A DNA stretch of 64,000 nucleotides from a virus (lineage: Duplodnaviria; Heunggongvirae; Uroviricota; Caudoviricetes): positions 13,581 through 77,580 of the IMG/VR virus record IMGVR_UViG_3300012984_000013, one strand, 5' to 3'. Numbering within the stretch: position 1 is the stretch's first letter; each line of letters starts with the position of its first letter. Below are positions 40,185 to 48,208 of this stretch, piece after piece. The notes beneath the pieces were generated by a model. It was not told the DNA's origin. It ran no database searches and worked only from the letters and a program-made list of their open reading frames with translations. The position numbers were made by a program, and so were the translations under genes.

Positions 40185-40258
40185 TGGAAAGTTAGGGTTT
40201 CGAACCCTACACACAGACATTGCAAGTGTCTATCGCCAGCCAAGGAACATGACCCCCC
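40185..40258 (-). tRNA. tRNA-Ala (TGC)-like with G.U-rich acceptor and a non-canonical D-arm; possibly degenerate
   Basis: Clear anticodon arm AGACA-CTTGCAA-TGTCT and T-arm TAGGG-TTCGAAA-CCCTA. Acceptor GGGGGGT/ACTTTCC pairs only with three G.U, including a G3.U70-like pair. D-stem is poorly defined. Confidence 0.4.
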
Positions 40259-40259
40259 A

Positions 40260-40290
40260 ATAAACAAAAAAGCTGCCTTACGGGGCAGCT
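40260..40290 (-). terminator. Rho-independent terminator on the minus strand, upstream of the tRNA island
   Basis: Minus strand reads AGCTGCC-ccgtaa-GGCAGCT followed by TTTTTTGTTTATT. It would stop read-through from the HNH gene at 41043..41531. Confidence 0.6.
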
Positions 40291-40569
40291 ATATGATTAA
40301 AACAAATTCTAAAAAATCAGTTATACCATACCCACCCTATCATTTAAATAGGCCCAATTATGGCAATATGCGGGTAAAAGGTTAATCATGGATACAAAGG
40401 TAATGAAAGGGTTTGGTAGTTCCAAGCTTTTATTATGAAATTTTTTCCAAATTTTGAAACTTTTTATATAGATGGGAGAGGAGGGTACTTCCAACATCCA
40501 ACCCCACCTGATAATTGAAGGTTGGGGTTATCCCCTGGTCTAAATTTAACAAACTAAAACTTTAAAATT

Positions 40570-40959
40570 ATGCTTGATTTCAAGAAATTTGTTCGTTCTG
40601 AGTCTACATTGGAAGATCTTGGAACTGTGAAAGAGAATGCAGGTAAGAAAGGCTCAATTGCTTTCATTCCTAGTAATTTCACCGATAGCTCTAAAAGAGT
40701 AGCATTGGTGATTACTAATGCTGCTGGTCAATCTGCTGTTGTTCCTTGTAGCGAGAAGGTGAGTAAAGCTCTTCGCGCTAAAGAAATGAACGTTAAGCAG
40801 TTAGCTGGGCTTAGCATTCTGAAGAACGAGGATGGTCGCTTGTTCATTAGTATGCCTGCTGGAACTGAAGGCTTGGCTCAAATTAGCGTTGATACTCTTA
40901 AAGTAGAAGCTGTTGCTCCTGTTACTGCTGCTTCTCTGGAAGAACTGATCGCATTCTAA
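40570..40959 (+). CDS. Isolated, GC-richer plus-strand gene (129 aa) of unknown function; moron-like
   Basis: It is the only plus-strand gene inside the minus-strand block. Codon usage is visibly GC-richer (gct, ggt, cgc). It has its own upstream AT-rich promoter-like region with a 5' hairpin, and its own terminator. Confidence 0.65.
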   Translation: MLDFKKFVRSESTLEDLGTVKENAGKKGSIAFIPSNFTDSSKRVALVITNAAGQSAVVPCSEKVSKALRAKEMNVKQLAGLSILKNEDGRLFISMPAGTEGLAQISVDTLKVEAVAPVTAASLEELIAF

Positions 40960-40964
40960 GGATT

Positions 40965-41006
40965 GTGGGGACTGATAATCCCCCAATCTTTCTATTTTGT
41001 TCTCTA
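40965..41006 (+). terminator. Rho-independent terminator for the 40570..40959 gene
   Basis: TGGGGA-ctgataa-TCCCCA followed by atctttctattttgttctc. Confidence 0.6.
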
Positions 41007-41042
41007 TATAATAGGTATATGGGGAGGTGTGGGCGGGGTTTC

Positions 41043-41531
41043 TCAAACCTTTATTTCTAACCTTTTGAGGTTTCTTCCTTGTATATATGCATATATTGTA
41101 TTGGTCTTCACATTGAACATATTGGCTAATTCCTTCACAGAGTGTGATTTGCTATTCAAAGCCTCTATTATAAACCTTAGATCAGCTACTGATATTTTAG
41201 TACGACCTGATAACCTACCATATCTATAGGAGTATTGTATATTCTCCTTCTGAGTACACCATTCTAAGTTAGAAAAGTGGTTATTTGTCCTATTATCATC
41301 TTTATGGTTGATATTTGGCTTGTTTTCAGGGTTATCTATAAAATGTAAAGCAACTAATCTATGTAGAGCAGTCATTCTACCATGAATACTCACTCTATAA
41401 TAACCACAGTTGCTAATACATTTCTTAGGATTTACGTTTAACTTGTGATCAAATACATCACCTTCATCAGATATTGAATATCTTTCGTCTATTTTCTTCC
41501 ACATATATCTATTTTTATCACAAATATACAC
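41043..41531 (-). CDS. HNH homing endonuclease (HNH_3-type)
   Basis: ...INHKDDNRTNNHFSNLEWCTQKENIQY... is a typical phage HNH_3 motif (HKDxNxxNNxxxNLE). N-terminal region is NUMOD-like (ISDEGDVFD). Confidence 0.8.
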   Translation of the reverse strand: MYICDKNRYMWKKIDERYSISDEGDVFDHKLNVNPKKCISNCGYYRVSIHGRMTALHRLVALHFIDNPENKPNINHKDDNRTNNHFSNLEWCTQKENIQYSYRYGRLSGRTKISVADLRFIIEALNSKSHSVKELANMFNVKTNTIYAYIQGRNLKRLEIKV

Positions 41532-42093
41532 AGAGTAATTAATATATACAAATAATTTGTGATAAATCTTTGAAATTAGCGTAAAAATGAGGGTGTATTA
41601 CCCTTATTGGGTTATAATACCTCATAATCCAATACGTCATAATCCTAGGTATTGACACTTTATAGCATTATAATACAATAGTTACAGACAGATAGACTAA
41701 TCTTAGAATATACATGTGTTATATTAGATTAGGATAAGCCTGATAAATCAAACCAAGGGTAATGTTATTTTTATAATATAATCTTGTAATAAAGCCGTTC
41801 TATATCCTATGAGGTGTATGTATTCCTTTGGTTAGGGTTAATAAAGCAAGATTATTCCTTTTATACACAGTTTATTATTAAAAGCTTTGGTTAGCTCTGT
41901 GTTTTATGTATTTTTCATTAAATTTATTAATTCATTGACTTTCTGCCAGTTGAGTGATAAGTAAGCACAATAAACTGATAGGCCCTGAAAATGTTGAAAG
42001 AAGGGGGAAGTGCGGATAACCATTGGAAAGTAGGGTAATTACATATACCGAAATCCTTTTTTACTTTGATTTTAACCTCTAAATCCTATAAAT
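41532..42093. promoter_or_regulatory. ORF-free strand-switch / divergent control region (~560 nt) with direct repeats
   Basis: No ORFs in any frame. CTTTGGTTAG occurs twice (41823 and 41884). Extremely AT-rich. Minus-strand late block lies to its left and plus-strand early block to its right. Confidence 0.5.
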
Positions 42094-42282
42094 ATGCCTA
42101 AATTTGACATTTATTTCAAAGAGAATGAATCAGACTCATGGTTAACATATTATACCACATTAGAAGCTGATTCACAAGAACATGCTGAGTTATTGGCTCA
42201 AGATATACTAGATTCAATAGAGTCTAGTAAAGAGAATTATGATCTTGAGAGGGCTTATGATGAATTAGGTGATTATGAATAG
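42094..42282 (+). CDS. Highly acidic 62-aa early protein (net charge about -14); DNA-mimic / anti-defence candidate
   Basis: MPKFDIYFKENESDSWLTYYTTLEADSQEHAELLAQDILDSIESSKENYDLERAYDELGDYE has about 19 D/E against about 5 basic residues. It is the first gene after the control region. Confidence 0.55.
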   Translation: MPKFDIYFKENESDSWLTYYTTLEADSQEHAELLAQDILDSIESSKENYDLERAYDELGDYE

Positions 42283-42324
42283 TACATTATTAATCCTTTA
42301 GATATCAAATTAAACCTCAAATAT

Positions 42325-42531
42325 ATGCCTAAATTAACAGAAGAAGAGTATGATAAGAGAATAAGAGCTAATCAACAAGCTCTATATGAGGCATTTGGTA
42401 GACTAAAAGTAGATTATTCTTGGGATAGGCTTACAGATCAACAGTTTAATCTGGAATGTAAGCTTTTATTATCTTCTAGTTATAGGGAATATCAAGATAT
42501 AGTCTTTAAACAAGCTGATGGTGAACATTAA
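42325..42531 (+). CDS. Small early protein (68 aa)
   Basis: Starts MPKL..., and its upstream context (...cctcaaatatATGcctaaatt) resembles that of the preceding MPKF... gene. Confidence 0.5.
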   Translation: MPKLTEEEYDKRIRANQQALYEAFGRLKVDYSWDRLTDQQFNLECKLLLSSSYREYQDIVFKQADGEH

Positions 42532-43276
42532 GCTCTATTTATAGGGTGCAATTATAATAGCATTAATGATACGAGTCAGCACATACACTGACTAATTCCT
42601 TCCTGAATGATGAGAAATAGGGTGATGCCTATATGGGGGCACTGATATGCTGTGTCGTATATCTGGACTGACTATCCACGTAACCAAAAAGAGAGTAAAA
42701 GAGTAATCTCATAGTTTATTCCTAACTCATTTACAAATAATGAGGACAGCCATAATACCTGTAAGTTGGATAAGTCAGGGTATTTTTAAGACATTAAGCT
42801 GCTGGTGAGTTAAATCAGATATATTCTACCTAATATAGGGATTGGTAGAATAGAATATTGTCCCTTTAGTCTAGTATTCTTAGACTATCTAACATCTATT
42901 GTAGAGGGTTGCAAACCTTATAATAGCTCTGGAAATAACTTTTATAAAGCTTTTGAATAGGTATATTCAATTAATCCTGTCTAGGGAGCTAATAAAATAG
43001 GGAGAATAAGTAGAATTGATCATTCTATACCTCTATTTTATGATTATTATGACATTTGCAGGTTAGGGTTATAAGGAGAATAAGGGTCAGACGGACTCTT
43101 ATCTCCTTTATTTATGACATTTAACTCTCATCCAATCTACAGGCTTACAAATGCAGTCATATATTATGACTAGTCCAGTTTAAACCTTAAGTGGCTGGTG
43201 AAACAATAATAGATGAGTAATGTATCAATGTGTAATATTGTGAAAGTTATTTTTTATCATTTAAACACATAATATT

Positions 43277-43483
43277 ATGCCTATTTTAATAGACTGTAAA
43301 ATATATTTAAGAGATCATTATGGTAGTGTTACATATGAACCATATATGTTTGATCTTAATGAGGTAATTGCAATAAGATCAACTCATAATGATGATACAA
43401 TTGTATATTTTAGAAATGGATCTATACAAACAATTAATACAACCTATAATAATCTAAGAAGCAAATGGTTACTATCTCAATAG
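43277..43483 (+). CDS. Small early protein (68 aa)
   Basis: ORF at the start of the densely packed plus-strand block. Confidence 0.5.
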   Translation: MPILIDCKIYLRDHYGSVTYEPYMFDLNEVIAIRSTHNDDTIVYFRNGSIQTINTTYNNLRSKWLLSQ

Positions 43484-43665
43484 ATATACCAGATACAAAG
43501 AAGGATATTATATGTCCTGTATGTGGTATGAATTGTAATTTAACTGGTTTACAAGTCATTTTAGGCGTTTTACAGCCTTGTGACGAATGCCAGGATATGG
43601 CTCAGTTTGAATACTGGGAACAACAGAACACTATTGAACAACATATTGCACGTTTAAACCCTTAA
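43465..43665 (+). CDS. Small Cys4 zinc-binding-like early protein (66 aa)
   Basis: CPVCG...CDEC motif pair. Overlaps the upstream gene by 19 nt. Confidence 0.5.
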   Translation: MVTISIDIPDTKKDIICPVCGMNCNLTGLQVILGVLQPCDECQDMAQFEYWEQQNTIEQHIARLNP

Positions 43666-43668
43666 ACT

Positions 43669-43941
43669 ATGAAACCTAGAGAAATAGATGATTTAGAATT
43701 ATTACCTGATACTCTAAGGGTATATGGTAAAGATGTCATTGGATGTAAGAAATATGATAGAGATATAATGATTAGTGTTCTTCATTCACATGGTGTTAAT
43801 AGATCCATACAATTCAATGGTAAAGGCTTTGCTGATATTATCTTAACTGAAGAACAGGCTATTCAATTAGTTGATGATTTAGCTAAGATTATTGATGGTA
43901 AGGTAGATAAAGATATTGAATATAAACCAAGCCACAGTTAG
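43669..43941 (+). CDS. Small early protein (90 aa)
   Basis: ORF preceded by the TTTAAACCCTTAAAC motif at 43653..43667. Confidence 0.5.
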   Translation: MKPREIDDLELLPDTLRVYGKDVIGCKKYDRDIMISVLHSHGVNRSIQFNGKGFADIILTEEQAIQLVDDLAKIIDGKVDKDIEYKPSHS

Positions 43942-43944
43942 ATT

Positions 43945-44157
43945 ATGAAGCTATTCATGCACAATTACTCAATAACACCAGCTATTGTTACTCAAGTGAT
44001 ACATCATCATGAAGGAGTAGCGGTAAGAAGAGTTAATATTCCAGATAAAGGCATTTATACACCTGTTACTGGGCTTCTAAAGATTGGTATGTCTTATCCA
44101 ACACCAAATGGTAGACTTCCAATCAAATCTATTGGTGAAGGATATATGCAATTTTAA
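43945..44157 (+). CDS. Small early protein (70 aa)
   Basis: ORF 3 nt after the previous stop. Confidence 0.5.
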   Translation: MKLFMHNYSITPAIVTQVIHHHEGVAVRRVNIPDKGIYTPVTGLLKIGMSYPTPNGRLPIKSIGEGYMQF

Positions 44158-44169
44158 ACCCTTAATATA

Positions 44170-44325
44170 ATGAAAAGTCTATTCTATATTGTTCTATTTA
44201 TGTTAGCATTAAGTCCATTAATGATAGTTTCAGTCATATTAACTGTTTGGGACTGGGATTCTAAATGGGTTAACTATTGGCGCAAGACATTTGAGCTTTA
44301 TCTTGATGATTTAGCTCATAAATAA
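44170..44325 (+). CDS. 51-aa single-pass membrane micro-protein (MKSLFYIVLFMLALSPLMIVSVILTVWDWDSKWVNYWRKTFELYLDDLAHK)
   Basis: Hand-translated; below the 60-aa ORF cut-off. Preceded by TTTTAAACCCTTAATAT at 44153..44169. Confidence 0.45.
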   Translation: MKSLFYIVLFMLALSPLMIVSVILTVWDWDSKWVNYWRKTFELYLDDLAHK

Positions 44326-45008
44326 TACTGACTCCAGTGATAAGTGGTTAGACTGGACAGAAGAGTTTTTAAAGATATAAAGAGTTATTAAAGGTGATAT
44401 CCTCCAAGCCCTCAAAGACTAGCAATGGTAGAGCTATTAACTCTTTTTTAAAATACCTACCTAAAATAGGTTGATGGTAAGAATAGATACCAATAACAAC
44501 AAATGGCCTTGTATTGCCAGAAGTAACCAAAATCCAGAAACTAAGATATGGCTGCATTCATCCACTATTCAGTCTTAGGAGTATGGTAAGACATTATAAT
44601 CTAATAAGCTGATAAGTATCCAAGAACACAATTGCTCTATTATTTGGCTATAGAACGCCAGTAATATCAATTTGAGGATATTTTGTTACATGTAGTAGGA
44701 GCTACAGCTCCAGTATATAGATATAAGCAGCCACCTGTGGATACATTTCAAGGTTAGAAGATGCTGCCTGGATGAGGAAAATTGGCCATTAGTACTCATT
44801 TGGTGTAACAATAGGCTTATTTTTAAAGATCGTAAACTCACCTTAATATGCTTAGTGAGTAAACAGGTTGTATTACACCTGTATAATTGGAGGTAATACA
44901 AAGAGTAGAATAAATGACTACAATGGTTAGATCCACGGTCACTACATTAGATTAGGTCTTTATAATTTCTTCTAATCTTACTTTTAACCCTTTTAAAACC
45001 CTAAAATT

Positions 45009-45281
45009 ATGAGAAATATCAAAGAAATACTAGAAATAATGCTCCAACATGAGGAGTTATTTCTTACTGGTTTATGTAATTGGGCTTGTAACCTAAAAGT
45101 ACATGGCCACATAAACTATGAAGAATTAATGAGATTATATAAATATATACAAGACAATAGACCAGCTAAATGGTCAGGAATTATTACACTCATTTGTATG
45201 AATAATCTTCATTATTGGCCAGTTGGATGGATTATACCCAGAAGAAAATGGTTAAAACATCACATCAAACTAAATTCATAA
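45009..45281 (+). CDS. Small early protein (90 aa)
   Basis: ORF preceded by TTTTAACCCTTTTAAAACCCTAAAATT (44983..45008). Confidence 0.5.
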   Translation: MRNIKEILEIMLQHEELFLTGLCNWACNLKVHGHINYEELMRLYKYIQDNRPAKWSGIITLICMNNLHYWPVGWIIPRRKWLKHHIKLNS

Positions 45282-45285
45282 GTAT

Positions 45286-45465
45286 ATGAACTATTTAATA
45301 TTTATACCTATACTATTCTTTGTATTCTTCTTTTTCCTTATAGTGGCTTTATTGATATCTAGGGACAAAGATCAGAAATTTGGACCAGTAATAGCTGTTC
45401 TATTAATCACAGATACCTCATTATTAGGTATTTGGCTTATTATAGCCTATTTAGGACTATTATAA
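45286..45465 (+). CDS. 59-aa hydrophobic membrane micro-protein (MNYLIFIPILFFVFFFFLIVALLISRDKDQKFGPVIAVLLITDTSLLGIWLIIAYLGLL)
   Basis: Hand-translated ORF 5 nt after the previous stop; two predicted TM segments. Below the track cut-off. Confidence 0.45.
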   Translation: MNYLIFIPILFFVFFFFLIVALLISRDKDQKFGPVIAVLLITDTSLLGIWLIIAYLGLL

Positions 45466-45750
45466 AGATATTAACTCTTCTGCTTGAAGACAAACAACGT
45501 ATAATGAAACCTGAATTAACAGGACTTGGATAGGCGACAGGCTGAAACGCGTAAAGTACGCCTGTGTCATGGAGCATCCATTGAACTTTAGTGTTCATAT
45601 ATGATCTGTTCTAGCAGTTAATGTTTGTTGACAAGATGTTATGAAAGGACGGATTATACCAATACACTCCATTGGTACTTAACATTCCAACTAGATATTG
45701 GACAGAAGAGTTATTAATAACATTTTAAACACCAAAACAATGCAAATCAA

Positions 45751-46131
45751 ATGGAGGAATGGAGAGATATAGTAGGGTATGAAGGTAATTATCAAGTTTC
45801 CTCATTTGGTAATATTAGAAGCTTAGATAGACTTATCATCTATTCTAATGGTAAACGAAGAGTACACAAAGGTAGAATACTAAAACCTGGGATAAATACT
45901 TCTGGTTATTATTCTCTTACTCTTGTGAAAGATACTGAAGATACATCTGTTATGATTCACAGAATGGTAGCTCAAGCATTTCTAGGCTTAGATACTAATA
46001 GTGATATGACAGTTAATCATAAAGATTCAAACAAATTAAATAACCATGTAGATAACTTAGAAGTAGTTACATTGTCTGAAAATAGACAACATTACTTAAC
46101 TAATGTTTACTACGCAAATCAAAGTCTATGA
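45751..46131 (+). CDS. HNH homing endonuclease (NUMOD4 + HNH_3)
   Basis: N-terminus EEWRDIVGYEGNYQVSSFGNIRS is the NUMOD4 signature. C-terminus VNHKDSNKLNNHVDNLEVVTLSENRQH is HNH_3. Confidence 0.8.
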   Translation: MEEWRDIVGYEGNYQVSSFGNIRSLDRLIIYSNGKRRVHKGRILKPGINTSGYYSLTLVKDTEDTSVMIHRMVAQAFLGLDTNSDMTVNHKDSNKLNNHVDNLEVVTLSENRQHYLTNVYYANQSL

Positions 46132-46823
46132 ATACTATAAAGGTAAAAGACACGAGAATGCACACAGCAGTGAACTATCAATTGTATAATGGTGGATATT
46201 ACCAAATACCAGTAACAGAAGCTCAATTGGTATTGGTTGAATGTACTGAAGAGGAGAACCTAAAAGTAGTAAATAATGGAGAAAGATATGCTATGTTTGG
46301 ATTTGTACCATCTAAGACTCAACACAAGTATCTCAAACCAATCCTAATATCACTCAGTGAGAAGATAAGCTCTAATATTGGTAAAGAAATGGGTGATTGG
46401 TCATACAATACCATGTATAAGAAACTGTTCCAAATGAATGGTGACATTACCAGTTACGACTTCAAAGTATTAGCCCTACCAGAACACTTCTCACCCAAAC
46501 ATTTGTCTGCTATTGTAGATGGTGAGATGAAGGATAAATCAAGTGTTCTTGTAGAATGTGAACAGAAATATGGGGATATTTGGTTAGATAATGGTGGAGA
46601 TGGTTCAGGAGGATACAATCCTTTAACACCTAATATTAAACTGAATAGTCAAGGTCACATTACTCTTCATAAGAATGAAAAGAAGATGTATACTAGAGAA
46701 GAAGCTATTAAATATGCTTTTGATTTCTATTTTGATATGTCTATTAAAATGAAAGTTCCTTTTAATCTTATTTCTGAGAATAGGGACAACTCTGAAGAAT
46801 ATTTTAATAAAAACATAAAATAA
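46128..46823 (+). CDS. Hypothetical early protein (231 aa)
   Basis: ORF overlapping the HNH stop (ATGA). Confidence 0.5.
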   Translation: MNTIKVKDTRMHTAVNYQLYNGGYYQIPVTEAQLVLVECTEEENLKVVNNGERYAMFGFVPSKTQHKYLKPILISLSEKISSNIGKEMGDWSYNTMYKKLFQMNGDITSYDFKVLALPEHFSPKHLSAIVDGEMKDKSSVLVECEQKYGDIWLDNGGDGSGGYNPLTPNIKLNSQGHITLHKNEKKMYTREEAIKYAFDFYFDMSIKMKVPFNLISENRDNSEEYFNKNIK

Positions 46824-47168
46824 CATGATATTTACTATAGTATTCGCATTTTTATGTATCCCATTATGTAAATGGTGGAATATACGGACTGATAAAGAAA
46901 GTCCTGAACTATTTGTTACTGTATTATCTATGATGACTATAGGAATGGTTATAGATATTATAGTATTTTCATAAAGATATAAATAGAGGATAACATGATA
47001 AGTAGCTTGCTAAACTAACAGAAATAGTGCTGGTTATTCTCTATTTTTTACAACAAAACTGAGCAGCCTTTGGATAGGTTTAAAAAATACCGATAGGTAT
47101 TCATGGGTTATGAAGTCCATAATAACCCTACTGCTCTTTTATTTTTAACCCTTAAACTAAACAAAATT

Positions 47169-47426
47169 ATGGAAACAATAGAAATAGTAATAACTAAAGA
47201 GCATTATGTTGAGAATTCCAGGTATACAGATGTCAGAAATTGTCCTCTAGCTATAGTAATGAAAAAACTATTGAATAAGGACGTAATAGTTGGTACTCAA
47301 TACATTAAAGATAATGGATATATAATACTTGGCAGTATTCAACCAAGATTTGGATGGAGAGAGTATTATGATCTTAAATCAGGTAAGACAACAGAATTTA
47401 GAACTACATTTACACCAGTGGAATAA
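47169..47426 (+). CDS. Hypothetical early protein (85 aa after start correction)
   Basis: The internal Met (METIEIVITKEH...) is preceded by TTTTTAACCCTTAAACTAAAC (47143..47163). The longer track ORF would include that motif. Confidence 0.5.
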   Translation: METIEIVITKEHYVENSRYTDVRNCPLAIVMKKLLNKDVIVGTQYIKDNGYIILGSIQPRFGWREYYDLKSGKTTEFRTTFTPVE

Positions 47427-47440
47427 TAAAACTTTTGGGT

Positions 47441-47490
47441 TAGGGGTTAGATCAGGTATAGGTAGAAATACTTATATCTGGTCTTTTTTT
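47441..47490 (+). terminator. Probable rho-independent terminator
   Basis: Imperfect stem AGATCAGGTATA/TATATCTGGTCT followed by TTTTTTT. Confidence 0.45.
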
Positions 47491-47504
47491 AAACAAATTA
47501 AACT

Positions 47505-47636
47505 ATGAAAACATTTATATTCATATCTCAATTAGTAAGATTTGTATGGCCTAGTAACATAAGTAAATCAGCTAGAAAGTACAGAAAAAACTGTGTTTTA
47601 TGGGGATTAACCAAATATTTAAATTCAAAATTATGA
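47505..47636 (+). CDS. 43-aa micro-protein MKTFIFISQLVRFVWPSNISKSARKYRKNCVLWGLTKYLNSKL
   Basis: Hand-translated. Overlaps the next start (ATGA). Paralogous N-terminus (MKTFI) with the next ORF. Confidence 0.4.
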   Translation: MKTFIFISQLVRFVWPSNISKSARKYRKNCVLWGLTKYLNSKL

Positions 47637-47740
47637 AAACATTCATTAGATATGCACAAGGTGCTAAAAAGAACTATTGTGGTCCTGAAAGAAGGGTTAT
47701 GATAGCTAGTTTATTATGTAGAAAAGCTAAAATTAAATAG
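47633..47740 (+). CDS. 35-aa basic micro-protein MKTFIRYAQGAKKNYCGPERRVMIASLLCRKAKIK
   Basis: Hand-translated; shares the MKTFI start with the previous micro-ORF. Confidence 0.4.
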   Translation: MKTFIRYAQGAKKNYCGPERRVMIASLLCRKAKIK

Positions 47741-47742
47741 TT

Positions 47743-47907
47743 ATGAAACAAAGTTTAATAATCGTATTTGTATTTATTGCTTCCTTAATTGGGTTAATTT
47801 CATCCCTATTGCACAATAGTATATTTGGTATTGTATGTAATGGAACATCTTTACTAATATGTTCTATTGTTATAGCCAATGGAATATCTAAATATAATAA
47901 CTCATGA
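47743..47907 (+). CDS. 54-aa single-pass membrane micro-protein
   Basis: MKQSLIIVFVFIASLIGLISSLLHNSIFGIVCNGTSLLICSIVIANGISKYNNS. Overlaps the next start (ATGA). The track's minus-strand ORF 47733..47930 here is probably spurious. Confidence 0.45.
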   Translation: MKQSLIIVFVFIASLIGLISSLLHNSIFGIVCNGTSLLICSIVIANGISKYNNS

Positions 47908-48086
47908 AAGAAGATCCAAGAGTAGAACAATTATTGCTAATATTAGCAAATATTGACCAAGGTCTAGGTATGTTACAGGGAGATTTACCCCATGTACATC
48001 AAGAAGAATGGGTTACAGGGGTACGTAGAATTATTGGTGAGGTTTTAGCTGTTAATGTAGAATTACCTAAAGATATAAAGCCATGA
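47904..48086 (+). CDS. Small early protein (60 aa)
   Basis: ORF from the track, with ATGA overlaps at both ends. Confidence 0.45.
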   Translation: MKEDPRVEQLLLILANIDQGLGMLQGDLPHVHQEEWVTGVRRIIGEVLAVNVELPKDIKP

Positions 48087-48208
48087 AACTAACTAAAGAG
48101 CAAAAGCTCAAATCCCTAAAATATATCTATTGTAGTTTACAAAAACTAGGAGATATGTCAGATGCTGATCACTTAAGAAAAGAACTAGTTAAAAATTTAA
48201 AACCATGA
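48083..48208 (+). CDS. 41-aa micro-protein MKLTKEQKLKSLKYIYCSLQKLGDMSDADHLRKELVKNLKP
   Basis: Hand-translated; ATGA overlap with both neighbours. Confidence 0.4.
   Translation: MKLTKEQKLKSLKYIYCSLQKLGDMSDADHLRKELVKNLKP

Noticed and set aside
40122-40385. Track ORF 40122..40385 (+, 87 aa) spanning the tRNA island
   Set aside because: It reads through three tRNA genes and a terminator; it is an artefact of the tRNA sequences.
40801-41229. ORFs 40801..41046 (-) and 40963..41229 (+)
   Set aside because: They overlap the 40570..40959 gene, its terminator or the HNH gene, and have no supporting context.
44369-44901. Minus-strand ORFs 44369..44557 and 44686..44901 in the early-block spacer
   Set aside because: They are in the opposite orientation to all surrounding genes, have no start context and have odd composition. 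The region is more likely non-coding RNA or spacer, and is flagged as a finding instead.
47733-47930. Minus-strand ORF 47733..47930 (65 aa)
   Set aside because: It overlaps a better plus-strand TM micro-ORF (47743..47907) that fits the ATGA-coupled operon.
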